Shown: piece by piece, positions 12,111-24,432 of the stretch
Layout: every line of letters begins with the position of its first letter
How positions within the stretch are numbered: the first letter of the stretch is position 1
Source: Aplysia californica
Taxonomy: Eukaryota
Direction of reading: 5' to 3'
Assembly (NCBI RefSeq): GCF_000002075.1
Contig: NW_004798040.1
Coordinates: forward strand, 67,541 to 131,540
Length of the DNA: 64,000 nt
The notes under the pieces: model-generated
Databases searched by the model: none
What the model was told of the DNA's origin: nothing
Seen by the model: only the letters and a program-made list of their open reading frames with translations
Program-made: the position numbers and the translations under genes

Positions 12111-13574
12111 CTCTCACACCTCCACCACACCACGGTCCTCTGGAACATGTGCATAAAGTCCTTGGTCAATAATACGAAAAAAAAGAACAACAACAAAAGT
12201 CTAGCAAACACATAGCGACAACTGCAGAACGTGAAAATCTTTTACTTTTTGTTATACCTGCACCAATTTCGATTTGCACATGATGTTTTGAATATAAAGA
12301 AATACATAATATATTAACAAATTCAGGACCTGAAAATCAGTGAAAAATATTCAACCAGCTGACAACTGGCACGATCAGCAAGCAGACCCTTTCATGGATC
12401 CTGGGGAGGAGGGAGGAGCAGCTATGGCACTGTGCAGCCTGCAATGATGCGTTCTATTCTCCAACCAAGTAAGTAAGTAAGTAAGGACCTGAAAATCATT
12501 TGCGTTGTGTGTGTTTCGCTATATGTGTGCTAGACTTTCCTCCGTTTCAAACAAACATTTGAGAAATCCGAGGAACAAATACAACAATAATGATGATCAT
12601 TCCAAAGATAAGATATAATACATTTGACCCAATGTAACAGTATTGCCCGACAATAAAAAGCGAGACTGAATAATTCACAGGGTCAAGGTCATTTACACAG
12701 ATACAATGACAGAAACCTAAAGCACGTCGCCCCCGCACTAACATCGTCAATGTTTGTTTATTTACAAGTATAGTTTTACTCCTTTTCCAAATACATCCCC
12801 CACACAGCATCACTTTTCACTCACAGGTATTCTTACTCCATCTCCAAATATAAATCCCTTCACTCACTCAGCCATCGTTTATGCTCTAATCTCACACACT
12901 CCTATTCCAAATAGGACACCCCCCCCGCCCCCCTATTTGTCAATCTTTCTTCACTGATAAATTACAACTCCTTACCTGACTAGAGCACCTGGTCTAGTTT
13001 GAAATGAGACTGAGCTTGAAAAGGGAAAGATTAGACGATTTTTACCGATTTACCAATACACTGGAAAACTGATAAAGTGGAATATTTTGGGCCTTTGAAT
13101 TGCTTTGAAATTATCTGTGGTTTAGAAAATGTTTTTGATTTAAGAAAAAAGACTCTCATAAACAGAGTAAGGAAGATCAGATTTGGGACATGTAAAAACA
13201 CAGTTTCTTTTCCTTCGTTAGGATATGAGGTTCCAAACCTTACTGTTAAAGCGAAGACTTCTCAAAATGACAAAACTGTGACACCACCCCCCCCCACTGT
13301 CTTCAAATGAAAAGCTCAGAATTAGACATTTTCCCCCTGCCTCCCCTCTACTCCTCTGCCTCAAGCAAAAGTCTTCTCAACATTCTTCACGACAGAAAAC
13401 ACAACAACAACAAAAAAACGACTCAACAATCACTCAACAGTCATGCAACTTCCCACCACAATCCTATAGTTACTGTTGTTGCATCAATCACATGTTTCTC
13501 TTCTCTGCATCTTTTTTCCTGACTTGAACTTGAATAAATTGCAAGAATAGAGGTAACATCTCTCTTCTGTCCCA

Positions 13575-14003
13575 GTCCTACTGTCACCAGTGTAGCTAAT
13601 GTCCTACTGTCACTACTATCACTACTATGTCACTGCTGACACTACTGTCACTATTCTACTGTCACTTTTGTCACTACGTCACTACTGTCAACATTGCCAC
13701 TTGTTGTCACTTTTGTCACTACGTCACTACTGTCAACATTGCCACTGTTGTCACTTTTGTCACTGTTGTAACTACTCTTACTTCTGTTACTACTGTCACT
13801 ACTGTTACTACTGTCACTACTGTTACTTCTGTCACTACTGTTACTACTGTCACTACTGTTACTTCTGTCACTTCTGTCAATACTGTCACTTCTGTTACTT
13901 CTGTCACTACTGTTACTTCTGTCAATACTGTCACTTCTGTTACTTCTGTCACTGTTGTCACTGCTGTCACTGTTTCCCCTACTTTCACTGCTGTCACTGT
14001 TGC
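13575..14003 (+). repeat. 9-bp-period minisatellite (ACTGTYACT/TCTGTYACT)
   Basis: Directly visible; produces spurious VTT/CHY ORFs. Confidence 0.9.
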
Positions 14004-14500
14004 ATTAACCATACACCTTTCCGCCCTAACCCTAGTGCGGCTGTACATCCAAGATGTCGGGGCACAGCTGGGCCAGCTCCCGAAAAGCCTTACAGGAGAG
14101 GCTTTACTTAAATTATTCTATTCCAGACAACTTCAACTCAAATTTTATGGGAATGTTTCGATACATTGAAGTGGGCAGGGACTAACATTCAAAGCGTGGC
14201 GTCAACTGCTCTCTGCCTCGTGTACCTGACAGTATAGGGAGAGAGTAAGTAAGTCAGTTTCAATACATTTTTTATTTTCTATTTGTTGAATTTTTTTCCA
14301 CCATTTATTGAGATGATGTGTTTGACCCTGCTTTACACAACAGAGTCAAAAATCAGGTTTTAAAAAGTTTTAGAGTTGGCCCACTTGCACCCTAACATCT
14401 TCGATAATACGTAACGTTCTACATCAATCCTATCCTTGTCATTGTTGCATTATGGGTTACAATTGCCGTTAGCCTCCTAAAGAAACCTTGCCGGACTGGT

Positions 14501-16541
14501 CTACTTGATGATGGTGGATATCCAGGGAAGCAGAGTGAGGCGTGAGGCCCGGTAGCAGCCGTAGGTCAGAAGGCCGATCGCCGTAAGACGGAAACCCCAT
14601 CTGGCAACTGAAGACGCCATCGACGCCGGGGGCAACCTGGCAATGATGAATGAGAAACAGGTGAGATAAAGCCAGGCGAAATTTCTTGCCTTTGTTATAT
14701 TTTTGTTATAGTTATAATAAATACTTTTACAGCACTTGCAACAAAATAAGGTCCTATAAGTGCCAAAGATTAGAGGTGTTACAAGACAGTAACAAACACA
14801 CAAAAAATAAGATAGACGTTTGATAAAAATAGAAGGAGCAAACCACACCGGAGCAGCTGCTAACTACCCACAATCTCTTGTCAGAGGTGCTGACAAAAAA
14901 CAAAATAAAACCACCAGAAATCTCTAGCCTCAGGTTTTTTGTTTTGTTTATTTGAGAAGAGAAAAGCACATCAACACAGTAACTGTCTTATGGTGCTGGA
15001 TAAAAGTATGAAGGACAAACAGAAACAACAGAAGGAGGTAAAGAAGTAGGACCTATAAGTGGGGCCCACCAATCACCTGCAGCCTCAGGTAATTTTTTTG
15101 TTTTGCGTTTCAGTAAAAAGAAAGATATGAACACAAAGATGGTCATTTAGTGCAGGAAGAGAGAAAGACAGACAGAAACAGTAGAGGGAAAGAAAAGAGG
15201 AAGGTCCTACCAAACACCTGCTCCTCATCTTATGTGACAGTAAAACACACAAAATATAGACACAGGAAATCTCTGTTTTTGTTCTAGTAGAGGTTTTACA
15301 GCGCTCGCAACTGCATAAGGTCATATGAGCGCCAGAAGATTAGAGGTGTTACAGGAGAGTAACAAACATAAAAAAAGAAGGAGGGGAGATAAGGACGATA
15401 GATGTTTGATGGGAAAGAATTTCAAAGAAGGAGCAAACCACACCAGAGCACCCACCAACCACCCATACAGGAAATCTCAGGTCTTGAGGTAACAAACACA
15501 AACATAAAGCCTGTAGACTGTATGTCACCGCAGGTCAGAGCAGCCTGCCTCTAAAATGACCTAACTTGTGTCGATGGGGCCACAAAACGTATTGCCAGCA
15601 AGCTGTTCAAATGTACAGCAACATTTTTTTTGGGGGGGAGAAAAACTGTTTTATTCTTTTAACAACTGTATCTTAACCCTTCCAGCCCCATGCATGTATA
15701 TTTTCAGCAGTGCTTGTACTTCCCACTATCCCAAGAGCGTATATTCTCAGTTTCAGGTGGTACCGAATTTGCACATTTTGTGAACCTGAATAAACTTAAA
15801 TGTTTGTTCATTTACCTTTAAACATTGTTATATAACATACTACATCAGTTTTTAGAATGCAAGCCTCTTTTCTAAAATACTGCTGTATAGGCAGGGACTG
15901 GGATTAGGGAGTGCACAAAAGTGGCTGGGGCAGGAAGGGTTAACTTGCTTTTTTCAACATTTAGACTTTGAATTTCGAGAAAACATATTTCTCTAGCACA
16001 TGCAACCAATACCCTACCTCAGATTAAGAAACTGAAATTAAAAAGATTTTGGGCAAAGTCAGTACATCTGAACAGCTGATCGACGCTACATGCAAAGCAC
16101 AGGGGTCACTCAAGACCCAACAAATGAGAGAACTGACCGGCAGATTTCCTCCACGTCCAGCTCCTTGTGCCAGTTCTCCGTGATGCCCTTCACATGACCA
16201 ATCCCCACCACGCCCACCACCACTGCTGGGACCTCGCCTGGAAAAACACAAGATGTTGTTGTTGTTGTTGTTTTCAAATCCCTTTAGCTGCGAGCATTTC
16301 GCTCTTGGCAGCGCAATGCCTCCCTCAAGTAACCACATGTCCTTGTCATCTGGTCAACGCCAGAGTAGAGCAAGCTTTGTAAGTCTGTAGGTGTGTGTAG
16401 GAGCTTGCATCGAAGAACATAACACAAGATACAACATGATAAGATAACATAACAATTTCTTGATCTCCACAAAAAGAACTTTGCTGCGACATGATCAATA
16501 CATACACACATGCACTTATCTGTTATCAACACACTCTCACA

Positions 16542-16589
<48 letters not shown>

Positions 16590-16628
16590 AATACACACAT
16601 GCACTTATCTGTTATCAACACACTCTCT

Positions 16629-16662
<34 letters not shown>

Positions 16663-18090
16663 CAAACATATACACACATGCACTTATCTGTTATCAGCAC
16701 ACTCTCTCACACACACAAACACATACACACACATGCACTTATCTGTTATCATCACACTCTCTCACACACACATACACACACACACACATGCACTTATCTG
16801 TTATCAACACACTCTTTCACACACACATACACATATATACACACACGCACTTATCTGTTATCAACACACTCTCTCACACACACAGACACATACACACACA
16901 CACTTATCTGTTATCAACACACTCTCTCACACACACAAACACATACACACATGCACTTATCTGTTATCAACACACTCTCTCACACACACAAACACATACA
17001 CACACATGCACTTATTTGTTATCAACACACTCTCTCACACACACACACACATGCACTTATCTGTTATCAACACACTCTCTCACACACACAAACACATACA
17101 CACACACACACAAAGAGTATCTGGACGGACATACAAAATAATGTTGTTCTCCCACACATCAATAGCTCATGTTGATGACAGTATGAAGTAATTTTTATAC
17201 CTGTTGGATCTTACTTAAACTTTTAACTGCTGGACCTACATAAGCTCACAAAGGACTCAAGCCTGGCAGTGGGGAGGCAAAAGGGGGAGAGGGATGTTTA
17301 GTACTGTTTTACGCCACTCGCAACTGCATAAGGTCATATGAGCAACAAGGGGTGGATGTCAACAGAGAAGTCTTTACAGGGAATCAGGCTTATTCTGCTC
17401 ACCTCTCTAACCTCAACAGCACAAAGTCTGCTTCGACTATCATCAAGGCATCCCGGAAATAGCAGTTCACCAGAGCGTGACAAACATGACAAACGAAGTA
17501 GGGGATAATTGACAATAATAAGGATGAGGAAAGAAAAAGCGGTGAAAGGGGTAGGGGAAGAAGGGATATAAGCGTGAAAGAGAGGAGAGGAGAGTGTTTA
17601 ACCTATTGAAGGAAAAGTTTCAGTGCTCTAGTTCTGTGACTGACCTCCTGGAGCCTCTGGGCAGGGCACAGGCTGCGTGGCTTTGCGGAGAGAATGTGCC
17701 AAGTAGACGTCTCGCTCGCTGACAAACACCTGGCCAAGGGCAGGGAACTCTCCGGTCATCTGCTCGATCGTCTGCTCCAGCATGTCCTTCTGTTTGCATT
17801 TCTCCACATCTTCTTTCCTGGCGGCGAAGAAAGGACGATGGAAAAATTTAGCATTTTTTAAGGGACAAGAATAAGTTAACATTTTTCAATATCTTCTGTC
17901 CTGAGGATAAATAAAGAACAAGAGAATGTTATCATTTCAGGCCTTATATCCCAGGACAATGCACGACTATCTGTATGTGAAACTGACGAATCAAAGGATA
18001 AAAAATACACAATGTGAAACCATTTAACAACAGCAACAATAACAACAACTACAACAACACACACAAACACACACACACATATATATAGGC

Positions 18091-18122
<32 letters not shown>

Positions 18123-19629
18123 ACAAATCCGAGACCTGGACAAATTCTCAACATACAAAATTACTGGCCGGGGATAATGTTGAACAAATGTGTCTTTCGC
18201 CTTTAGTTAAACTCTGTCTCTCATGTTACGATAAACGTTTCTCTTTGGAGGGAATCCCAGATCTTTTTTTGTTTTCAGCTCTCTTGAATGAACACTCTAC
18301 CTGTTGGTACAAACGTAGATCTATGGAAACGTTTCAGCATTGAAAAGGTTAAAGCAGTGTCAGTGTTGACTAAAGGACTGATTTTTCTCAAGAGACACCA
18401 TACAACTGCGAGAGGAGCAAACTCACGTGATGGGCTCTTTCGAGCAGAGGATAGCATATGCCAGTTTGAGTCTCTGCCAGAGGCTGAGGGAGGCCAGGGC
18501 TCGTCGCAGCGTGATCTGAATGGGCCGGTCGCCCAGGATAAACCGGCAGCCTCCACGCAGCTTTCTTGCCTGAGTGGGGAAAAGAGAGTTTAGTTTTAGT
18601 TAGAGTTTCACGCCACCTGTGAGACAAATAGGTCTATATTAGTGCCAAATTAGTCCTAGTAAGAGTTTTACGGCACTTGCAAAACAAAGAGGTCATATAA
18701 GTACCGAAGACTAGAGGTGTTACTAAAGAGTAACGTATAAAGAGAAGAAATAGAAATAAAGACAATAGAAGTCGGAAAGGAAAGAAAGAGCTAATCACAC
18801 CGCAGCGTCCACCAATCACCCACAGGAATAGAGAAGTGACTATTTATTTGTTCCAATATTTTTATTCAATGACTTTATCGAGACAGCTTTGTTATGTAAG
18901 TGCTACATCGTGATTTTGACTTCCTGCTTTAGACTTCCTGGGTAAAAACACTTAAATTCAAGAAAAAGCAAAGGTACCTCATTGAAGGCGGTGCGGAACT
19001 CCCCTCCGGGCGCCATTCCCAGCTCCTTGGTGATGTAGGCCGACATGTTGAGGAGGAGGATGTTGAGGACTCCTTGCATCACGCCATTCTGTAGGAAAGA
19101 TACAGAAGGTAGAGCTGGGCGAAGAATTGAATCCGGAACCGATTCCCACGATTAATGCTACGGAGGAAAAGTTCCGACTCCTTTTTACACAAACCAACGG
19201 TTACCAGCTACCTTAATTATTCAAATCTTTTCTCTTTTTTTTTCAAAATATATTTTTGAAAAATAAAAGTCGAGACTTCCTCGTGTTCCAAAATCGAGGT
19301 TATCCTAACTCCCGAAGATGTTCGGAGCCAACCAGGTAACAATCGGAAGAAATCACATCCTTGGAAAGTAAGTAATTGGGATTGGAGTCGATTCCTACGA
19401 TTCCTAGCTTTTATTTATAATCGGGAAACTAGCCGCCCAGCACTAACAGAAGGTCATTTTTACCATCATCTATCATAATGCTTCCATCTTAACCATCTCG
19501 TATAAGTATTCTTACGACCTTAGAGCATGCATCAGAATAACATTGAGAGTGTATCTAGCTTAAGATTATTATTGTTTATATTGCTGCTCATTTATATTAT
19601 GCATGTGATTGTAAGCCTGCATGTGTGTG

Positions 19630-19691
<62 letters not shown>

Positions 19692-22583
19692 CGTGTGCAT
19701 GTACACGTGGTGAAACACCATACCAATGTGCCAGGATCTGGGCAATTAAGATATATCTTATCTTATCTTATCTATTGGGGGGAGGGGAAGGGGGGGGACA
19801 TGAAAACAACAGCTTGTCCTCAACAGCATGTATTTGTTTATTTTAATTATACTTTTCCTCAACTACACAAAATACAAACGACCATAAAAAAAATAAAAAG
19901 CACAGCCCCAACACTCCGAACTGCTTGACCTGAACCAGTGCGCAATATCTAGGGTCAAGTGGAGGTTCAGTTATGTCTTACTGGAATAGTAAATGGTAGG
20001 GGCTGTGATGTGTGTGTGAGTGAGTGTTAATGAGTGTGTATGTGCGGTGTGTGTGCGCGCGCGTGTGTTAGTGTGTGCCTGCGCGTGTGTTAGTGTGTGC
20101 CTACACGTGTGCATGTGTGTGTGTCTGTGTGTGTATGTGTGAACGTNNNNNNNNNNNNNNNNNNNNNNNNNNNNNNNNNNNNNNNNNNNNNNNNNNNNNN
20201 NNNNNNNNNNNNNNNNNNNNNNNNNNNNNNNNNNNNNNNNNNNNNNNNNNNNNNNNNNNNNNNNNNNNNNNNNNNNNNNNNNNNNNNNNNNNNNNNNNNN
20301 NNNNNCCCCCCCCCCCACAGGACCAGCACCTACCCTCTGGATGAGCTGCCTGATGGTGCTCATGTTGATGTTTTTCGCCTCCTCCAAGATCCGTGCCTCG
20401 TCCATCTTGAGGATGTTCACCCTGCTCTGGCACAGCTCCACCAGGATCACGTGCGGCTTGGCCATCTGTATCACCTTTACAACACACAGAAAAAATAGCT
20501 ATCAGTATCACCTTTACAACACACAGAAAAAATAGCCATCTGTATCACCTTTACAACACACAGACAAGATAGCTATCTGTATCACCTTTACAACACACAG
20601 ACAAAACAGCCATCAGTATCAACTTTACAACACACTTACACAAAATAGCCATCTGTATCACCTTTACACCACACAGACAAAATAGCCTTCTGTATCACCC
20701 TTACCACATGAACATATAACATAGCCATCTGTATCACCTTTACAACACACTTTCACAAAATAGCCATCTGTATCACCTTGACCACATAAACATATAACAT
20801 AGTCTGCTGTATCACCTTGAAAACACACAGACTATTTAACCATTCTGATCATCTTTACAATACACAGACAAAATAACCGTCTGTAATACCTTTACCACAT
20901 TATCACAGATTAAATAGCTACCCGTATCCCCTTTAGAAACAACAGATAAAACAGCCATCTGTATCTCCTGTACAATACACAGATAAAATAGCCATCTGTA
21001 TAAAAAATCCCACATCAAAGGCCATCTGTATCGCCTCAACCATTTTAGTGTAAAATGTCATCAATCAAAACTCTACAGCCATTACTAAATTAATAAACCA
21101 GAAATAAAACTGTCAGACTTTTAAAGGTAAGATCTTTTCTTTTCATGCGGAATGTGATAAGCTGTAACAGATTTGTGGGTTAAATTACATAAAGCAAAGC
21201 AGAGATCCCTGTGGTATAGTCAGATGTGCCAAGTGGCGACTAAAAAGAAATCCTGAATTTTTCGGACCCGTAGGAACGTGTACGTAGGGACTTAAATATA
21301 TACGGATCGTATTATATAATATATCTTTTATCTTGAAGTTAGGAAAAATCTGGACAACTTCAGAAATCCATACTTCCAGATTTATCTGGAAAATCTACAT
21401 CTCTGTATAGTGTGCACTGGCCAACCAGCACCGTTTTCAAACACATCTATTTAATCACAGAGCATCAATTTCTTCTCACCCTGGCCACATCCTCCTGGCT
21501 TTCCTTGCTGAAGTGAGCGGTGCCCACCAGGTACAGCCTGCAACCGCCCCTCTCTAGCACCGTGACTGTGTCCGGCAGTTCTGACTCCGGCACTGGCATG
21601 CGAACAAGCGAAGCCGAGTCTGCCTCTGGTTCCTCGTCCGTGTAATTCTCGTCTTCGTCTTCATCTTCTGTCAACCACACATCCTCTTGATCTTTGGAAA
21701 TTTAAAGATTAATTAATGTAGGTGTTTTTACTCCCATTGACATAAAAAGATCTTTGAAAAGATAGAACAAACACTAACATTACAAAACAGAAAACACAGA
21801 AAATGTACAGGTTGGAGTACCCAGTTCAAGAATTTGAGTCAACAGAAGCAAACTGACCCAATAAATGAATTTCTTCAGAACAAACACCTTGGAATTTGTC
21901 ATAATTAACCCTTGTATCTTAACTGGAAAAATAACTGGCTTCTTAATTTTGAGTACAAGGAGTAAAGAGAAGTGAGAAGCACTACAATGCTGGAAATGGA
22001 CAAATAAACTAAAGCCGCATTTTTATCCAAACAAAATTTTTTACCAAAAGCTAAACTATGATCAGTTTTCCCCTTCTCAGTCAACAGTACAGATGAAATT
22101 GAAATTATTAGAATTTTGAATTTTAGAAAGAGAAGTTCATTTGAGGCAGTGCAGGGAAAAAGGAAGAGGCAGGCAGAAACGACACAAGGAAAGAAAAAAA
22201 GTAGGACTTACCAGAGCCACCCTCCAACCACCTGCACAAAATCATTTAATGTACCATATATTTTTTTTACCAAGCCATACATGAGTTTTAGACAATTTTC
22301 CAAGTGCGTGATGGCATTAATTAGGAAACAGAAACATCTGAGAGAAAAAAACTATGCCATCTGAGAGAAAATAGTACTAGTAATAGTACCATCCGAGAAA
22401 ACAATACCACCTGAGAGAACTCAAACCATGAGAGAAAAGCCCACCTGGATTTTCCTCATCATCCTCTTTGTTATACAAGGCGGCGCCATCTACATTATTG
22501 TTCTCCGAGTTGTCTACCACAATATGGCCACTATTGTTGTTGCTGCTGACATCATCGTCCTCCGTCCTGCTTGCTTGCGACAT
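14501..22583 (-). CDS. TRABD: TraB domain-containing protein (TRABD ortholog), 8 coding exons, about 384 aa
   Basis: Exons in gene order: 22583-22445, 21691-21480, 20474-20334, 19088-18978, 18569-18427, 17817-17645, 16237-16138, 14636-14501. All GT-AG with consistent phases (1155 nt). Motifs LYLVGTAHFSKESQEDV, LVELCQSR, ELGMAPGGEFRTAF, LGDRPIQITLRRA, VSERDVYL, VVGVVGIGHVKGI and a C-terminal hydrophobic anchor. Confidence 0.93.
14700..14871 (-). mobile_element. Family A copy in last TRABD intron
   Basis: Reverse complement of family A; tail about 60 nt upstream of acceptor 14637. Confidence 0.75.
14945..15220 (-). mobile_element. Two tandem family B copies
   Basis: Reverse complement of family B at about 14945-15078 and 15100-15220. 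Confidence 0.65.
15275..15465 (-). mobile_element. Family A copy, full length with TSD
   Basis: Flanked by ACAGGAAATCTC on both sides (about 15262 and 15467). Confidence 0.85.
15677..15939. mobile_element. piggyBac-type MITE
   Basis: TTAA-CCCTTCCAGCCCCA ... TGGGGCAGGAAGGG-TTAA. Confidence 0.75.
16255..16420 (-). mobile_element. 5'-truncated LINE 3' end (ORF2 C-terminus plus (AAC)n tail)
   Basis: 10-bp TSD AACACAAGAT (16245-16254 and 16421-16430); open frame ..PTDLQSLLYSGVDQMTRTCGYLREALRCQERNARS* ends just before the tail. Confidence 0.8.
16495..17112 (+). repeat. Compound minisatellite: CATGCACTTATCTGTTATCAACACACTCTC plus variable (CA)n, about 11 copies
   Basis: Directly visible. Confidence 0.9.
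17298..17545 (-). mobile_element. Family D retroposon (distinct body, same 3' tail as family A)
   Basis: Near-identical to 61025-61515; tail GCTCATATGACCTTATGCAGTTGCGAG..GTAAAAC. Confidence 0.8.
18587..18823 (-). mobile_element. Family A copy plus a second tail fragment directly upstream of TRABD acceptor 18570
   Basis: Gene strand reads ..CTAACTAAAACTAAACT-ctcttttccccactcag|exon. Confidence 0.75.
19110..19445. mobile_element. hAT-type MITE
   Basis: TIRs TAGAGCTGGGCG / CGCCCAGCACTA; 8-bp TSD ACAGAAGG (19102-19109 and 19446-19453). Confidence 0.88.
20461..21040 (-). repeat. About 37-bp minisatellite containing the TRABD coding-exon-3 splice acceptor
   Basis: Plus-strand unit GCCATCTGTATCACCTTTACAACACACAGAAAAAATA, about 16 copies; the first copy overlaps the exon. 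Confidence 0.9.
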
Positions 22584-23620
22584 TTTGACAAAACTGATCA
22601 CCTCATAAATAATAATCCTGAAAAAAATAAAAACACCATCATCCAGACTTTGCATTATAATAAATCTGAAACAAAAGACCAAAAATTGAAAATAATAAGA
22701 CTGCTTCATTGCCTTGAGGCCAGTCTTGTCTATTGGGAGAAAAAAATCCATTTTTATTCAAACTTAAAATCATACTAAAAACTAAATTTTATAGTTTTTA
22801 AATCAAACTGTAGTCTGAGGTCACCAATGACTTTATGAAAATCAAGGCAACATTAATTGAATACAGGGAAAAAATTACAATTTTTCGGTTTTGAACAGGG
22901 CTTTTTAAGGGCCTTCTGATTGGGCTTCATACTTTATGTAAAAGCACACATAAATAAGCCCACACCCAAGCATCCAGTGTTGAGGACGAATGTGAGATTA
23001 CAGCACAAAACATTCAGCAACATTAAAATTTGGTATTTAACTCGACTCTAACTCTAAGCAAGTTCATTCCCCCCACCTCCACACATACAAACACCATCGC
23101 TTGAATCAGTAACTGGTCTCCCAAAAGAATAAGATCCGAACAATGCCGCTATTGAATTTACAGACTCTTTGACATCAATAGTAAGTACATAACTAACATG
23201 ATCTACCCAAATTAGACTTGGACACTGGGATAATTTTTGGGTTCAGTACATATGGAAGACAGATAAATATATAATACACAAATTTAACAGACTGACTCCT
23301 TCCTCATCAACAACAATTTAGTGACCAGCCATTGACAATGATAACGAAAACTGTTAATAATACTACTTTATGAGTTTGAACCAAGCATCAAATTTTCTGT
23401 TCCGATCTGGTCAAAATTTCAGATAAGAACATTTTATTCCGACTTGGTGGATTTATGTAATAAAAGTAAAAATTTGATTCTCAGATTTACTTGAAAATTA
23501 ATTACAATTCTACTCTCTTGCTACAATAAAAAGTATTTTTAAAATTTACCAATGACATATTTGAGTGCTTTATTTTCTCATTTTATTCACTACCCTATGT
23601 GGTTATTATGTTTGTATTAA

Positions 23621-24432
23621 CTCTTTTTATCCGAACTACAAGTATTCTCCGAAGACTAGGCCAGGCTACGAGTAAACTCCCAACAGCTATACAGTCACGT
23701 CAAACTGCTAGTTCTGCTTAACTACCAAAATACGCATATATTTATATACGTCTGAATATTTCAATTTTTCAATGAAAAGCGGTTTCTTTGTTTTTGATAC
23801 TTAAAAAATGTCTCAAAAACGAACTTTCACGACCGATGAAGTACTTCAGGAAGAGGCACTGGGTTGTGAGGGGGAATTAGACTAATTTGATGAAAGTGAT
23901 TCTGAATTAAGTGCCATAAATTCCGCTGTGGATGATAACCAACAGGAATTAGACTCATCTAATACAGATGGTAAAGGGACCGGTCAGCCTACTGGAATTC
24001 ATGCAGTACCGATGGGAAGGGGTAGATCTGTAAATCCAAGGGGACGTCGTGGGCGTGGCAATCTGGGTCAAGTTGGAGGGTGGAATACACCTCAAAATCT
24101 ACATGGTGCAATTTTGGTGGAATTCCTAACCACACAGGCCTACATTTTCAGAAATTACATTCAATTTCTAACATAACTGCCAAATTTCCATAAAATCTAA
24201 GATTAAATGTAAGAAATTCAGCACTTTGAAATACACTGAATTCCAACTCATTGATGCGGCAGCCCTAGGATGGGTACAGTCCGTGGAGGGTAAGGCCATG
24301 ATAAAAAGAGTTTTAAAGCCACACCAGTAGGCCTACTTCCTGAAGAGGTGCTGTCAAGCAAAAACATGATGTTGATGCATCCCTATGAAATCTACTCGCA
24401 CTCACACAAGGTAGTCTGAGGGTAGAATAGAG
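23621..24432 (+). mobile_element. Internally deleted piggyBac-like DNA transposon relic
   Basis: TTAA on both flanks, imperfect TIRs (CTCTTTTTATCCGAACTAC / GTAGTCTGAGGGTAGAATAGAG), and a broken acidic ORF start at 23808 (MSQKRTFTTDEVLQE..*FDESDSELS) like a piggyBac transposase N-terminus. Confidence 0.55.

Noticed and set aside
10991-12172. Long ORFs spanning N runs (also at about 20.1, 39.9, 41.5, 54.8 and 57.7 kb)
   Set aside because: Artefacts of assembly gaps.
13599-14169. Thr/Val-repeat (antifreeze-like) or Cys/His-rich protein
   Set aside because: A 9-bp minisatellite open in several frames, with no signal peptide or gene structure.
16495-17112. CRISPR-like constant repeat with variable spacers; His/Thr-rich ORFs
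   Set aside because: The spacers are just (CA)n length variants inside a TRABD intron, and the ORFs are microsatellite translations.
14501-22583. Bacterial conjugation traB or horizontal transfer
   Set aside because: Spliceosomal introns and sequence match the ordinary eukaryotic TRABD.
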